A stretch of DNA of 64,000 bases from Podarcis cretensis (lineage: Eukaryota). The stretch is taken from contig OX638153.1 of assembly GCA_951804945.1 (NCBI GenBank), forward strand, positions 26,784,001 to 26,848,000, given 5' to 3'. Under the pieces are notes generated by a model that saw only the letters and a list, made by a program, of their open reading frames with translations, ran no database searches and was not told the origin of the DNA. Below, piece after piece: positions 62,574 to 64,000 of this stretch. The position numbers and the translations under genes were made by a program. The first letter of the stretch is position 1. Every line of letters starts with the position of its first letter.

Positions 62574-62676
62574 CGGATCCTTTGAGGGCACCAAGAGTTC
62601 TTCGATCATCATGCTGTCCCGGGCGAAAGAACTTCTATTCAAAGTGTAGGACCTATCCGAACTGAAGGAGCGGAGG
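62574..62676 (-). CDS. ANK3: ANK3 linker exon (SLRSFSSDRSYTLNRSSFARDSMMIEELLVPSKDP)
   Basis: 103 nt, phase 2/0, aaccag|C ... CCG|gtgagg. Confidence 0.95.
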
Positions 62677-64000
62677 CTGGTTGTATTTACAATTTACCAC
62701 AGAGTATGAAGATGACAATGAGATGAACAAAAGAAAAATTAATGCATGCAACTTCCAGGGAACAAGTGAAAGATAATAAAACAGAATATGATTGATGAAA
62801 CAGAATTTTAAAGTATGCTAGGAATTGTACCACGATTTTTAAGAGGTTTTCCTCTAATGTGTTAGATCCAAAATTTCCACCCACTACTTTTGTCATAATA
62901 AAGGAATATTGGTATCCAACCCATTGGCTGCAATTCTGAACACAATTACCTGAAAGTAAGCCCCACTGAACACAGTTGAATTTTCTTATTAGTAGACAGA
63001 CAAGGGATTGCACTGGTTCACTTAAAATCAGGATAACATATAGTTGGATTTTAGATAAATGTAGTAAAAATATATTCAGGAAATGTGGAGTGCAATCCAA
63101 AGCATGTGACTGAGTTCAATGTGACTCCCTAGTAAGTGTGATTAGCATGAACAGAGACTTTCTAAAATGCTGCTGGTTTCTATGAGGGATTTATGATGGT
63201 ATGGCCTAGGACCTCTGACTTTTCTAGCTAGCCCAGTTTCACACAAATGCATATTTGTTATTTCCCTCCCCTCTGTTAATTAAGAGACCTCATTATCAAA
63301 GGGTAGATAAATCTAGTGTGCTGCTGACACTGTTGTCAGTGACTTTTGCTCTCTAAAATTTACATCTGGAGTAGAAGGCTCGTCTTATCCCTAAATTGGC
63401 CTCCTTTAAAGTGTATTACAGCTTAGAACAAAACCAATCCATCTCAGGAACTGACAGCCCCTAGCCTGAAGGGGCTCCTTTGCTTTTGATCACCATGCAC
63501 CTGGGATATCTCTGGAACCTGTGATTTCTACCACTGCAAGGATGCAGTAATAAGAAAAGCTGGGCTTGTTAAATCTCCCTCCAGCAAGGAGCTATATTAC
63601 AGGCACAGAAACTTCTTATAGATGCAGCGATCAGTCTGTACTGATTCTCCACAAAAATGACAGCAGTTTCCAATGGTGCACAAATTATGGTGATCTAGAA
63701 AAAGGAAATCAACACTCTATATGAATGGTTATTATTTGAGAGGTGGGCATTCTGCACAGTTCATTTTGTGGCAGAGAAGAAAGCTCATCCTAGCCCCACA
63801 GTTTTCTTGTGGCTGCCTCTTCTGGCTGACTCACTGTAAGTTAGGTTGGCCATAAAAACATTACACAAAAAGCACAGAAGAAATGCACTGGATTTAGCAC
63901 TGGTCTCTCATGCTTCGTTACAAACGATCTAAATGGCTTTAGTCAAGGCATCATTCTCTCAGCCTTGGGCGTCCCCATCAGCAGTATTGAGATAATGGTA

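Larger units (their letters stand above)
873..62676 (-). other. ANK3: ANK3 (ankyrin-G) gene, partial: spectrin-binding domain to stop-codon exon
   Basis: Chain of GT-AG exons with compatible phases. The translations match ankyrin-G hallmarks ([21 protein letters not shown], serine-rich giant exon, PQSPCERTDIRMAIVADHLGLSW, QGEGYK...KKEVRHVEK). Confidence 0.98.

Overview
This is vertebrate genomic DNA, almost certainly a squamate reptile and probably a lacertid lizard (inferred from Sauria/POM-type SINEs, Squam3-like SINEs, and L2/CR1/Rex1 LINEs). The window holds the 3' two-thirds of ANK3 (ankyrin-G) on the minus strand. It runs from the linker upstream of the spectrin-binding domain through ZU5-ZU5-UPA, the ~7.7-kb neuronal giant exon, the death domain, the C-terminal regulatory region and the muscle obscurin-binding cassette to the stop-codon exon. 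The ankyrin-repeat exons and the final 3'UTR exon lie outside the window. I placed the exon boundaries by hand from GT/AG signals; all phases are mutually consistent. The most interesting observations concern alternative splicing: a candidate unannotated SP-repeat terminal exon after the death domain, candidate 15-nt and 5-nt microexons, a 140-N gap where the 27-nt neuronal microexon is expected, tandem and internal splice sites, and a duplicated ZU5 segment. There is also a composite retroelement in which a 5'-intact Rex1/Babar half abuts a near full-length L2 ORF2. No prokaryotic-type systems, CRISPR arrays or RNA genes are supported.
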